NCBI GenBank assembly: GCA_965217185.1
Contig: OZ244252.1
Location: forward strand, 2,656,001 to 2,720,000
Length of the DNA: 64,000 bases
Direction of reading: 5' to 3'
From: an uncultured Candidatus Entotheonella sp.
GTDB lineage: Bacteria > Tectomicrobia > Entotheonellia > Entotheonellales > Entotheonellaceae
This document shows, one piece after another, positions 28,947 to 38,139 of this stretch (position 1 is its first letter; every line of letters starts with the position of its first letter). A program made the translations under genes and the position numbers. The notes under the pieces are model-generated. The model worked only from the letters and a program-made list of their open reading frames with translations. It did no database searches and was not told where the DNA came from.

Positions 28947-29205
28947 GTGTTCGTGCCCGCCTTGCGGTGATGATTCTGCGACGGCCGTCCCTTACCGTGT
29001 AAACCACGGCGACCTCCTTGCCATCCACGATACCAACGGCGACCCACCGCGTTTCCGCCGGGTGCCGCGACAGCGTTTCCAGGACCGGGCCGTCAAAAAT
29101 CCGAACGGCGTCTCTAAAGTCAATGCGACGTTCTTCTAACACCGCCTGTCGTTTGTTCTCGTCCCATTCGAACCCCAAGGGACTTCCTTCGGGTATGTTC
29201 GGCAT
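28894..29205 (-). CDS. brnT: BrnT toxin
   Basis: FEWDENK..IDF.DA.RIF, ETRWVAVG, VVYTVR..RRIITARRA. Confidence 0.92.
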   Translation of the reverse strand: MPNIPEGSPLGFEWDENKRQAVLEERRIDFRDAVRIFDGPVLETLSRHPAETRWVAVGIVDGKEVAVVYTVRDGRRRIITARRARTHERGEYHAYVLSGGEPP

Positions 29206-29281
29206 CTAAGATTCCTCTTGTCGCTGTTCATCATCTGCCTACACATACTCTCTCCTCCTTAGTGGGGTTAGGGGTTAACAT

Positions 29282-29305
29282 TTGTATTTACAACTATAAA
29301 TACAA
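29282..29305. promoter_or_regulatory. Putative brnTA operator palindrome
   Basis: TTGTATTTA-caacta-TAAATACAA, a perfect inverted repeat in the AT-rich region upstream of brnT. Confidence 0.65.
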
Positions 29306-29492
29306 CGAATCACGTCTGTCAAGCGATTCGCTGCCCTGCACAGACGGTTACTTTGCTAGGGAGCGTATATGGCGACGAATCTGCCGGAACGCTCAAAGTA
29401 CGTAGTGGTCAAAGATTGACGGTGCCTCCGGTACCACATGGCTCTGGAGATCCGATCTGGGTCCAACGGGCCAGTTCGTCGAGATGTCGGCG

Positions 29493-29520
29493 ACTTCTGA
29501 TAAAACGCTTTATCGGAAGT
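29493..29520. other. dif-like site 4 with two XerC-type arms
   Basis: ACTTCTGATAA-aacgct-TTATCGGAAGT (near-palindromic 11-6-11). Confidence 0.65.
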
Positions 29521-29638
29521 TGTGGTCATGAACCGTTGACTTGGCCGGCTTCTTCTATCTTCTTCAGGAAAATTTCTTCGGGAATTACATTTTCTGTATA
29601 GCTCACCGACGTGTGGATTTGCGCGCGAAGTGTCTTGA

Positions 29639-30926
29639 GGGCATCTCGAAAAATGCCTCGTGGATAGTCATAGATGGCGAGAGTGGCAATTCGCTGGCAT
29701 GTCGGTGAGAAAATGAACTCGGCTGTCCAGGGGGACTGCCTCCCAGCAAGGAGGATTCGCCTTCCAATGAGGGCCTCCGGTGCACCCTTCCGCACCGTTG
29801 GCGCTCAACTGGCGCTCGCAAGGCGTTGTAATTGAATCAGGCGACGCATGTTGTAGGCAAGGTTCTTAAGACCTATCCGCGCCCTCGCCCGTACAAGCCC
29901 GATGCTGCGAACCAACGTCCCGCCCATGTCGTTTTGCTGCGCCCCGAAGACATGCTCTACCCGTGCTCGAAACCGTGAACGACTCTGGTTGCCTGCTTTC
30001 TCCCAATCACGCAACGGACGGTTGCGATAGCCCTTGCGATGAATCCGACTCCTCAAACCCCTGGCCTTCAGCGTCGCTTCAATGGCTTTCGACCGCTAGG
30101 CGCTGTCCGCCCAGACACCGCTTGCCGTGTTGTCCGACGTAAGCAACTCCTCAATCACTTGGCTGTCGTGCACCGCCGCATCCGTCACCCGGTAACGCCG
30201 TATCAGCTTGTGCCGACGGTCGATGGTGACGTGATTCTTGTAGCCATAGTGGCTCTTGCCGTGCTTCTTCGTCCAGCGCGCATCCCTGTCCTTTTGTCGA
30301 CGCTTGGCTGGCTTGTCGGCCCAGGCCTCAGGTGTCTCACCCCGTTTGATCTGCTCATTGTCGTCACGACGATTGCGTTGCATGGGAACCGCGACAATCG
30401 AAGCATCGATGATCTGGCCACCCATCGCCTGGTAGCCCTGGCTTTTCAGGTAGCCGTCGAAATCCTCGAACAAGGCATCGATGAGGCCGGCCTGTGACAA
30501 CTGTTCGCGGTAGAGCCACACCGTCTTGGCATCGGGCACCTTGTCTTCGAGTGTCAAGGCCAAGAAGCGCACAAAGGACAGGCGGTCGCGCATCTGATAC
30601 TCGACCTGGTCGTCCGACAGATTGTAGAGGGCGCACAAAATGATGGCCTTGAACATGACGATGGCATCCCACGGCTTGCACCCCGCATTGGACTTGCGCT
30701 TGTCGGCTGGCTTGCGCCAGACTCTCTCCAGGCGGCTGCGGAACGCTTCCCACGGAACGGCAGCGTTGACCTTCACCAGGGGATCGTTTTTGGCGTCCAG
30801 AGCGGCGTAGCGATTCTCGATATCGAAAAAGCCCATCTGAGCCATGTTGCACTCCTCCGGCCTTGTTGGTTGACGTGTTTCAGTGATTCTAAACCACGTG
30901 GGAGATGGGTATTATTAGAGATGCCC
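29639..30926 (-). mobile_element. IS5-family insertion sequence
   Basis: IRs GGGCATCTCGAAAAAT / revcomp GGGCATCTCTAATAAT; TTGA direct repeats at 29635-29638 and 30927-30930. Confidence 0.92.
29805..30845 (-). pseudogene. IS5 transposase with in-frame nonsense codon
   Basis: LYNLSDDQVE, IIDAS, HYGYKNH, ADSA*RS (TAG at 30096-30098 in place of Tyr), RARVEHVFG. Confidence 0.9.
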
Positions 30927-31360
30927 TTGATATGTTTTCTGGTGGGAATCTGAACAAAATCGGTGCTGAATTCTCTGATCCAATCTGCAAAAGGCATAGT
31001 GAAAGTCTTTGTTTCTCCATATTCCAATTTTTTAGGGCACTCATTAGAGGCTGAGAGGTCCAAACCGGTTCGTCTGTTCCTCCCCTTACCAACACACCAG
31101 CCTACACTGACAATAGTCACTGGCCGCTCGCCAACATTTGCGACATGAATGGCTAAATGCTCCTCGATAGGTCTACCGTCACCGAAGATAAGTTGACGAA
31201 GACCGACATGGACTTTCAGCTTAACCTTTTCTGCACGACGAGCGAGCCATAACGCAACCCCAGCGGCAACAAGTGTGCCAACCCCAGCAAGCCACGTACC
31301 GAGCAGGATTAAGATTTGCATCGTCCAATCCGTCATTACTTGGATTTCAGGATCGATCAA

Positions 31361-31388
31361 AATTGACATAGCGTCCCTTATCCGAAGT
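31361..31388. other. dif-like site 5 (XerD|XerC)
   Basis: AATTGACATAG-cgtccc-TTATCCGAAGT. Confidence 0.8.
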
Positions 31389-31471
31389 TGGGCCCCCGAT
31401 GTGGTATCTTCACCGATCAGAATGTCGCCATCTATCTGCCAAATTCAACCCCACCATATCAGACTGACATC

Positions 31472-34313
31472 ATGCGACTGTCCTGGAACGAAATACGCGC
31501 TCGAGCCGCAGCCTTTGCCCGCGAGTGGGCAACCGCGAGCTACGAAAAAGGCGAGACGCAAAGCTTCTACAATGATTTCTTCGAGATTTTCGGTGTCAAA
31601 CGTCGCACCGTAGCCCGGTACGAAGAGCACGTGAAAAAGCTGGATGACCGGTCGGGGTTCATTGACCTGTTCTGGCCGGGCGTCCTTGTCGTTGAGCAGA
31701 AAAGCGCCGGCCGCGACCTCGACCGAGCCTATGACCAGGCCGGAGAATACTTCGACGCCCTGCCTGAGAATCAGCGTCCCCGCTACATTCTGGTCAGCGA
31801 CTTCCAGACCTTTGAGCTTCACGATCTGAACGAGCGTGAAGCAGCCACCTTCACACTTTCGGACCTGCCTACCCACGTCGAGATGTTCGGCTTCATCCTC
31901 GGCGTGCAGCGCCGGGCCTTCAGGGATCAGGATCCGGCTAACATCAAGGCCGCCGAACTCGTCGGGCACCTGCACGATGCCCTTGTCGCGGCGGGCTACC
32001 GACGTCACGATCTCGAACGCTTCTTGGTACGCATCGTCTTCTGCCTATTCGCCGACGACACCGGCATCTTCGAGCCGCGCGATATTTTCTTCGACTTCAT
32101 CGAGGACCGCACCCGCAACGATGGTTCCGACTTGGGACCGTTCCTATCACAACTCTTCCAGGTGCTGGACACATCGGAAAACAGCAGAGCCAGCACGTTG
32201 GACGAAGACTTGGCCCGTTTTCCATACGTCAACGGTGACCTGTTCCGTGACCCCCTGCGGATTCCCTCGTTCACCGCAGTCATGCGCGGGTCGTTACTGG
32301 ATGCCTGCCGGTTTGACTGGTCGAACATATCCCCGGCCATCTTCGGAGCGCTATTCCAGTCGGTTATGGACCCCAAGGAGCGCCGCGCTCAGGGCGCGCA
32401 CTATACCACCGAAAAGAACATCCTGAAGGTCATCGAGCCGCTGTTCATGGACGACCTGCGCGCCGAGTTCGCTCGGCTGAGGGCTCGCAAGGACAGCCGC
32501 CGCCTCTCCGAACTGCGGCGGTTCCAGGACAGGCTGGGCGCCATGCGGTTCTTCGATCCGGCCTGCGGTTGTGGTAATTTCCTCATCATCGCCTACCGCG
32601 AATTGCGCCTGCTGGAAATCGAAGTGATCCGGGAGATTCGCGCCGCGACGGGCGCCGTCGGGCAGGATGAACTCGACGTGCGGGTGCTCTCGCAGGTGGA
32701 TGTAGATCAGTTCTACGGCATCGAAATCAGCGAGTTCCCGGCCCGCATCGCGGAAACCGCGCTGTGGATGATGGACCACATCATGAACAACCGGCTGGGC
32801 CTGGAGTTCGGCCAGACGTATGCGCGCATCCCGCTGCAAACGTCGCCCCACATTCTGCATGGCGACGCACTGGAAACCGACTGGACGGAACTGCTGCCAC
32901 CGCAGGATTGCGCCTTCGTGTTCGGGAATCCGCCCTTCATTGGCCAGAGCTTCCAGTCCAAGGAACAGCGGGAACAGATGCGGAGGCTGACAAATCCACG
33001 TGGCAAGACTGGCTCGCCGTTGGATTACGTCGGTGGCTGGTTTCTGAAGGCCGCAACCTATGCGACCGGAGCGGCGCGTATCGGCTTTGTTGCGACCAAT
33101 TCCCTCACGCAGGGCGAGCAGGTCGCTTTGCTGTGGCCGCGCCTATTTGCGTCAGGTCTGGAGATAGCCTTTGCGCACCGAACCTTCGCCTGGGGATCGG
33201 ATGCGCGCGGCAAGGCACACGTGCACGTCGTGATCATTGGCCTCGACCGCCGGGGGGGCGAGCGCTTGGACAAACGCCTGTTCACATATCCCGACCTCAA
33301 TGGTGAGCCAGAGGAGAGCCGCCACGCGGCGCTCTCGTCCTATCTGTTCGATGCCGGTGGCCTTGCGGATCCGCACCTGATCGTAACGGATAGCTCCCGG
33401 TCCCTGTCGCCTCGTTCGGTCATGCAACGAGGGGTGCAACCAACTGACGGTGGGCACTTCATCTTCTCGGATCGGGAACGGCAGGATTTTCTGGACGAAG
33501 AGCCAAGCGCCGGGAATTTCTTTCGCCCGTTCATCGGAGCCCGCGAACACATCAACGGGCTGTCGCGATGGATACTCTTTCTGGAAGAGGCCGAGCCGGA
33601 GGAATTGCGTGCGATGCCGTTGAGCGTCGAGCGCATTCGTCGGGTACGCGCCATGCGGTTGGCGAGCCGAAAAGCCGCAACTGTCAGACTTGCCAGCACT
33701 CCCACCCGACTGGAGGGAAGATCGATCCCGACCGCGCCGTTTCTGGTCATCCCCAAGGTCAGCTCTGCGCGGCGGGAGTACGTGCCCACCGGCTGGCTGG
33801 AACCGCCGACGATTCCGAGCGATCTCGTATTCGTGGTGCAGAATGCCACTCTCGCGGATTTCGCGCTGCTGACGTCGGGCCATGCACATGGCGTGGCTGC
33901 GCCACGTCGGCGGGCGGCTGAAGAGCGATTACCGCTATTCCATCGGCCTCGTCTACAACGCATTCCCGATACCGCCGGAAAGAGCTGGCCTGTTGAAGCT
34001 GGAACCACTGGCGCAGACCGTGCTCGACGCCCGCACTGTCCATCCGGGCGCGACCCTGGCCGACCTCTACGACCCCGACCTCATGCCGCCCAACCTGCGC
34101 CGGGCGCACCAAGCCCTGGACCGAGCCGTGGACCGGCTCTACCGCCCAGGCGGCTTTGCCGCAGAGCGCCAGCGCGTCGAGCATTTGTTCATGCTTTACG
34201 AAAAGATGGGGGCACCGCTGGAAGCGGCGAGGAAGGCGAAATCCAAGGGGCGAAGAGCAGGACGCTCTCCGGCCGGACTAGCACGGGGACGGAATGCAGG
34301 GCCGCGAAAATAG
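31472..34313 (+). pseudogene. MmeI-like type IIL restriction-modification enzyme with one frameshift (real or sequencing error)
   Basis: MRLSWNEI, GFIDLFWPG..EQKS nuclease, GAHYT, FDPACGCGNF, GNPPF; an extra G at 33877-33879 splits off MHMAWLRHVGGRLKSDYRYS..LADLYDPDLMP. Confidence 0.88.
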
Positions 34314-34316
34314 GCC

Positions 34317-34336
34317 TTATCGGAAGTATCGGAAGT
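34317..34336. other. Isolated XerC-type arm (half-site 6) with a 9 bp tandem duplication
   Basis: TTATCGGAAGT, identical to the right arm of site 4, followed by a second ATCGGAAGT; no XerD arm. Confidence 0.55.
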
Positions 34337-34350
34337 AGAGGAGGGTTGTC

Positions 34351-34842
34351 ATGCTTGACGTTCTCGGCTGGCTATGGGGGGCTATCATTTGGCCGGTCTG
34401 GCTAGTCTGGTTCGTGGTTACGTGGCTGGTTTTGCTGCTGTGGAACAATCTGCTAATTGTGGGGGTGGTGCTAGGGTTCGTCGCTACGCTCATCGGCGGC
34501 GTGTTTTTGATGCGGTGGAACGACCAACCCGAGATCGAAAACCTCAGAGATCACAACCGCAGCCTGCGCGAACGGCTGATAGAGTTGGAGGAAAGCGAAA
34601 GCAGGGCGGTTGAAAAAGCAAAGCGTCTCGAACAAGAGTTGAAACGGACGGACGACGACATACGCAAGGACAACCGGCGTTTGCGGACAGTCATCCAGGA
34701 CGGAGAGGCGAGAATCAGGCAGATCAGGAAGGACGCGGAGACGAGAATCAGGCATCTCCAGCATGAAAACCGCCTCTCGCAGGCTACCATCGAGAACTTG
34801 AAGTCACAGATAGGTCTTCTCAGGTCGCGCTGGCGCGGCTAG
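34351..34842 (+). CDS. Cassette gene: N-terminal TM + coiled-coil hypothetical protein
   Basis: GAGGAGG RBS; Trp-rich hydrophobic N-terminus; charged heptads. Confidence 0.7.
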   Translation: MLDVLGWLWGAIIWPVWLVWFVVTWLVLLLWNNLLIVGVVLGFVATLIGGVFLMRWNDQPEIENLRDHNRSLRERLIELEESESRAVEKAKRLEQELKRTDDDIRKDNRRLRTVIQDGEARIRQIRKDAETRIRHLQHENRLSQATIENLKSQIGLLRSRWRG

Positions 34843-34895
34843 CAAGTAATTTCAGCCCTCCCTCCAAGCAGACCTTGACCCGAACTTGGCCCAGA

Positions 34896-34924
34896 GGTTT
34901 ACATAACACGGGGTTATACGAAGT
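34896..34924. other. dif-like site 7 (XerD|XerC, 7 bp spacer)
   Basis: GGTTTACATAA-cacgggg-TTATACGAAGT (reverse strand: ACTTCGTATAA..TTATGTAAACC). Confidence 0.85.
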
Positions 34925-35007
34925 TGCCGGCAGCCCCTGGTCGTCCTGGCGTCGGGCAAAACGGACCCCTGTCAATCGCAATCCAACGGAAGGAATATGA
35001 CCCAGCC

Positions 35008-36459
35008 ATGAACGCCCATCACGTGCCCCTGGAACGCATCGACACCCACCGCTGGCGCATCCCGCGTCACGGCGGCATGAACGTGGACGGCCTGGTATTC
35101 GCCAGCGACGCCATGATGCAGACGATTCGCGGCGACCAGAGCCTGCAGCAGGTGGTCAACGTGGCGCACCTGCCGGGCATCGTCGGGCACTCCATCGCCA
35201 TGCCGGATATCCACTGGGGCTACGGGTTTCCCATCGGCGGGGTGGCCGCGTTCGACGCCCGCGACGGCGTTATTTCGCCCGGCGGCATCGGCTACGACAT
35301 CAATTGCGGCGTGCGGCTGCTGGGCTCAGGTCTGAGCCGACACGACGTGCAGGGCCGCATGCGCGAGGTGGCCGAGGGCCTGTTCCGCAATATCCCTTCC
35401 GGCGTCGGGGCGCGCCAGCAAACGGTGCGGCTGTCGCACGCCGATTTGCAGGGCGTGCTCAAGCGCGGCGCCGGCTGGGCGGTGTCGCAGGGTTACGGCA
35501 CGCCGCGCGATCTGGAGCACACCGAGGAGAACGGCTGCCTGACGGGCGCCGAGCCGCAATACGTCAGCCAACGCGCCCTGGAACGCGGGCGTCCGCAACT
35601 CGGCAGCATCGGTTCCGGCAACCATTTCGTGGAAGTCGATTACGTCGCCGAGGTCTACGACGATGAGGTAGCCCGCGCCCTGGGGTTGTTCAAGGACCAA
35701 CTCGCCATCACCATCCACACCGGCTCGCGCGGGCTGGGCTATCAGGTGTGCGACGACTCCATCAAGACCATGCAGCGCGTCACGCAGCAATACGGCATCA
35801 CCATTCCGGACCGGCAGTTGTGCTGCGCCCCCCTGAGCTCCCCGCCGGCGCGCGAATACATCGGCGCCATGTACAGCGCCGCCAACTTTGCCTTCGCCAA
35901 CCGGCAACTCATCACCCACACGGTGCGCGAGACCTTTGCCGAGGTGCTGCAACGCTCGGCGCAGGACCTGCGGATCGAGGTGATCTACGACGTGTGCCAC
36001 AACATCGGCAAGTTCGAGACGCACACTGTTGACGGGCAGGCGCGCCGCTTGTGCGTGCATCGCAAAGGCGCCACCCGCGCCCTGGCGCCTGGGCATCCAC
36101 AGTTGCCGTCGGTGTATCGTGACCTGGGCCAGCCGGTGCTCATCCCGGGCGACATGGGCCGGTATTCTTACGTGCTGATCGGCACTCGGCAGGGCGGTGA
36201 GGAGACGTTCGCCAGCAGTTGCCACGGCGCCGGCCGCCTCATGAGCCGCACGCAAGCCAAGAAAAGCGCGCGCGGCCGGCCCATCGTGCAGGAACTGGAA
36301 GACCAGGGCATTTACGTGCGCTCCGCCGGACGCGCCACCCTGATGGAGGAAATCCCGGAAGCCTACAAGGACGTTCGGGACGTGGTGGACATCGTGCACG
36401 GCGCCGGCATCAGCCGGAAAGTCGTGCAGTTGCGGCCTCTCGGCGTGATCAAGGGATAA
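35008..36459 (+). CDS. rtcB: RNA-splicing/repair ligase RtcB
   Basis: MPDIHWGYGFPIGGV, GYDINCG, GSGNHF, HTGSRG, HRKGAT, SCHGAGR, AYKD. Confidence 0.96.
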   Translation: MNAHHVPLERIDTHRWRIPRHGGMNVDGLVFASDAMMQTIRGDQSLQQVVNVAHLPGIVGHSIAMPDIHWGYGFPIGGVAAFDARDGVISPGGIGYDINCGVRLLGSGLSRHDVQGRMREVAEGLFRNIPSGVGARQQTVRLSHADLQGVLKRGAGWAVSQGYGTPRDLEHTEENGCLTGAEPQYVSQRALERGRPQLGSIGSGNHFVEVDYVAEVYDDEVARALGLFKDQLAITIHTGSRGLGYQVCDDSIKTMQRVTQQYGITIPDRQLCCAPLSSPPAREYIGAMYSAANFAFANRQLITHTVRETFAEVLQRSAQDLRIEVIYDVCHNIGKFETHTVDGQARRLCVHRKGATRALAPGHPQLPSVYRDLGQPVLIPGDMGRYSYVLIGTRQGGEETFASSCHGAGRLMSRTQAKKSARGRPIVQELEDQGIYVRSAGRATLMEEIPEAYKDVRDVVDIVHGAGISRKVVQLRPLGVIKG

Positions 36460-36464
36460 CGGGC

Positions 36465-36896
36465 GTGCACGACGCCGGCAAGACCATTTACCAACCGATC
36501 GACCACACCGGCGACCTTGGCATGCTGGTGTTCGGCGCCGACCTGCACGAGCTATTCGCCCACGCCGCCTGGGGCCTGTTCGACCTGATGACCGACGCCG
36601 AGCGCATTGAGCCGCGCATCCGTCGGGACCTGACCGTCGAGGCCATGGACCTGGAAGACCTCATGGTGCGCTGGCTCGGCGAGTTGCTCTACGCTTATGA
36701 CACCGACCGTTTTCTGACCGTGAACGCCGTCTTTCACGTCTTGGAGCCGACTCGCCTGCACGCCACCGTACGCGGCGAACCGTTCGACGCCGTGCGCCAT
36801 CCCATCGACACCGAAATCAAAGCCGTCACCTACCACCAGATCGCCGTCGAGCGCCTCGACGCCGGCTGGCAGGCACGGGTCATTTTCGACATCTGA
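36465..36896 (+). CDS. Archease
   Basis: DHTGD N-terminal motif, EIKAVTYH, C-terminal FDI; follows rtcB. Confidence 0.92.
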   Translation: MHDAGKTIYQPIDHTGDLGMLVFGADLHELFAHAAWGLFDLMTDAERIEPRIRRDLTVEAMDLEDLMVRWLGELLYAYDTDRFLTVNAVFHVLEPTRLHATVRGEPFDAVRHPIDTEIKAVTYHQIAVERLDAGWQARVIFDI

Positions 36897-37047
36897 TCTG
36901 TCATGCCGGCGGCTCGCTTCAGCCCCGCGGGGTTGACTTATGGCCCCATCTCATCAAGAATGGCTATTTCCCCGAACAGTTTCGTGCTTTGAAAATTGGC
37001 GTGGAGACACGCATATCGGGTTGAAGAAGAGGGCAAAGGAGCAAGCG

Positions 37048-38052
37048 ATGAACCGTTCAGGAATAAGATTTGGAATTATGGTGGCCATCGTGGTGACCGC
37101 ACTGGTTGCTGCCTCCGGTATGGCAATGGCCGCTTGCGGCAAGGTGACTATCGGCGAGATGAACTGGAGTTCGGCGAGCGTGATTGCCAATGTTGAAAAG
37201 TTCATCCTGGAGACGGGTTACGGCTGCGAGGTCGAATTGGTGCAGACCGCCACGGTGCCGGCCATGACCTCGATGGTCGAGAAGGGCGAGCCCGACATCG
37301 CTTCGGAGATCTGGATCAATTCCGTCAGGGAAAGTTTTGACAACGGTGTTGCCGAGGGCCGCATCGTGTCCGCCGGCAACGTGCTGTCGGATGGCGGCGT
37401 CGAGGCGTGGTGGATTCCCAAGTACCTTGCCGAGGCGCACCCCGATATTCGCACCGTGCAGCAGCTGATGGACAACGCGCAGTTGTTCCAGGACCCGGAG
37501 GACTCGTCCAAGGGGCGCTTCTACAACTGTCCTTCCGGCTGGGCCTGCAAGATCATCAACACCAACCTCTTCCGCGCCTACGGCCTGGGCGAGAGCTTCA
37601 ACAACTTTGACCCGGGCTCGGCCGAAGGGCTGTCCGGCGCCATTGCCAAGGCTTACGAGCGGCAGGAACCGTGGGTTGGCTACTACTGGGCGCCGACCGC
37701 CATCCTGGGCAAGTATCCCATGGTGATGATCGAGCTGGCCGATTTCGACGCCGAGGGACATACGTGCAACACCAGGGAGAATTGCGATGCACCGCACGCC
37801 GGGCGCTACCCCCCGTCCGCTGTTCTGGCATTGACCACGAAGGCGTTCGCGGACAGCCATCCCGACGAGTTGGCCTTCCTCGGTAACATCTCTTTTCCCA
37901 ACGCCGTGATGAACGCCGTGCTGGCGTGGGGCGAGGACAACCAGGCCGAGGGCAACGAAATGGCCGGTTATTTCATCGTGAAGCAGGAGGAATTGTGGTC
38001 TTCATGGCTGCCGGCGGACGTGGCGGCCAAGGTGAAAGCGGCCCTGCAATAA
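37048..38052 (+). CDS. Glycine betaine/proline-type ABC substrate-binding protein (ProX-like)
   Basis: Signal peptide; EMNWSS, GYGC, CPSGWAC, GYYWAPT. Confidence 0.9.
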   Translation: MNRSGIRFGIMVAIVVTALVAASGMAMAACGKVTIGEMNWSSASVIANVEKFILETGYGCEVELVQTATVPAMTSMVEKGEPDIASEIWINSVRESFDNGVAEGRIVSAGNVLSDGGVEAWWIPKYLAEAHPDIRTVQQLMDNAQLFQDPEDSSKGRFYNCPSGWACKIINTNLFRAYGLGESFNNFDPGSAEGLSGAIAKAYERQEPWVGYYWAPTAILGKYPMVMIELADFDAEGHTCNTRENCDAPHAGRYPPSAVLALTTKAFADSHPDELAFLGNISFPNAVMNAVLAWGEDNQAEGNEMAGYFIVKQEELWSSWLPADVAAKVKAALQ

Positions 38053-38139
38053 GCGAAAACCGGGCGGCGCACAGCGCGTGCGCCGCCCGCGGGCACGCCA
38101 ATCCCCGGCATCGTCGCCGGTTTGCGGAGGCCAGAAATC

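Larger units (their letters stand above)
29526..31336 (-). pseudogene. Cassette gene (N-terminal TM hypothetical protein) split by IS5
   Basis: Removing the IS and one TTGA copy restores the frame ...PTRKHIK|TLRAQIHTSV...GQVNGS*. Confidence 0.85.

Noticed and set aside
33880..34405. C-terminal tail of the 1005-aa ORF
   Set aside because: Out-of-frame read-through after the +1 G; the true MmeI C-terminus is in the 33882..34313 frame.
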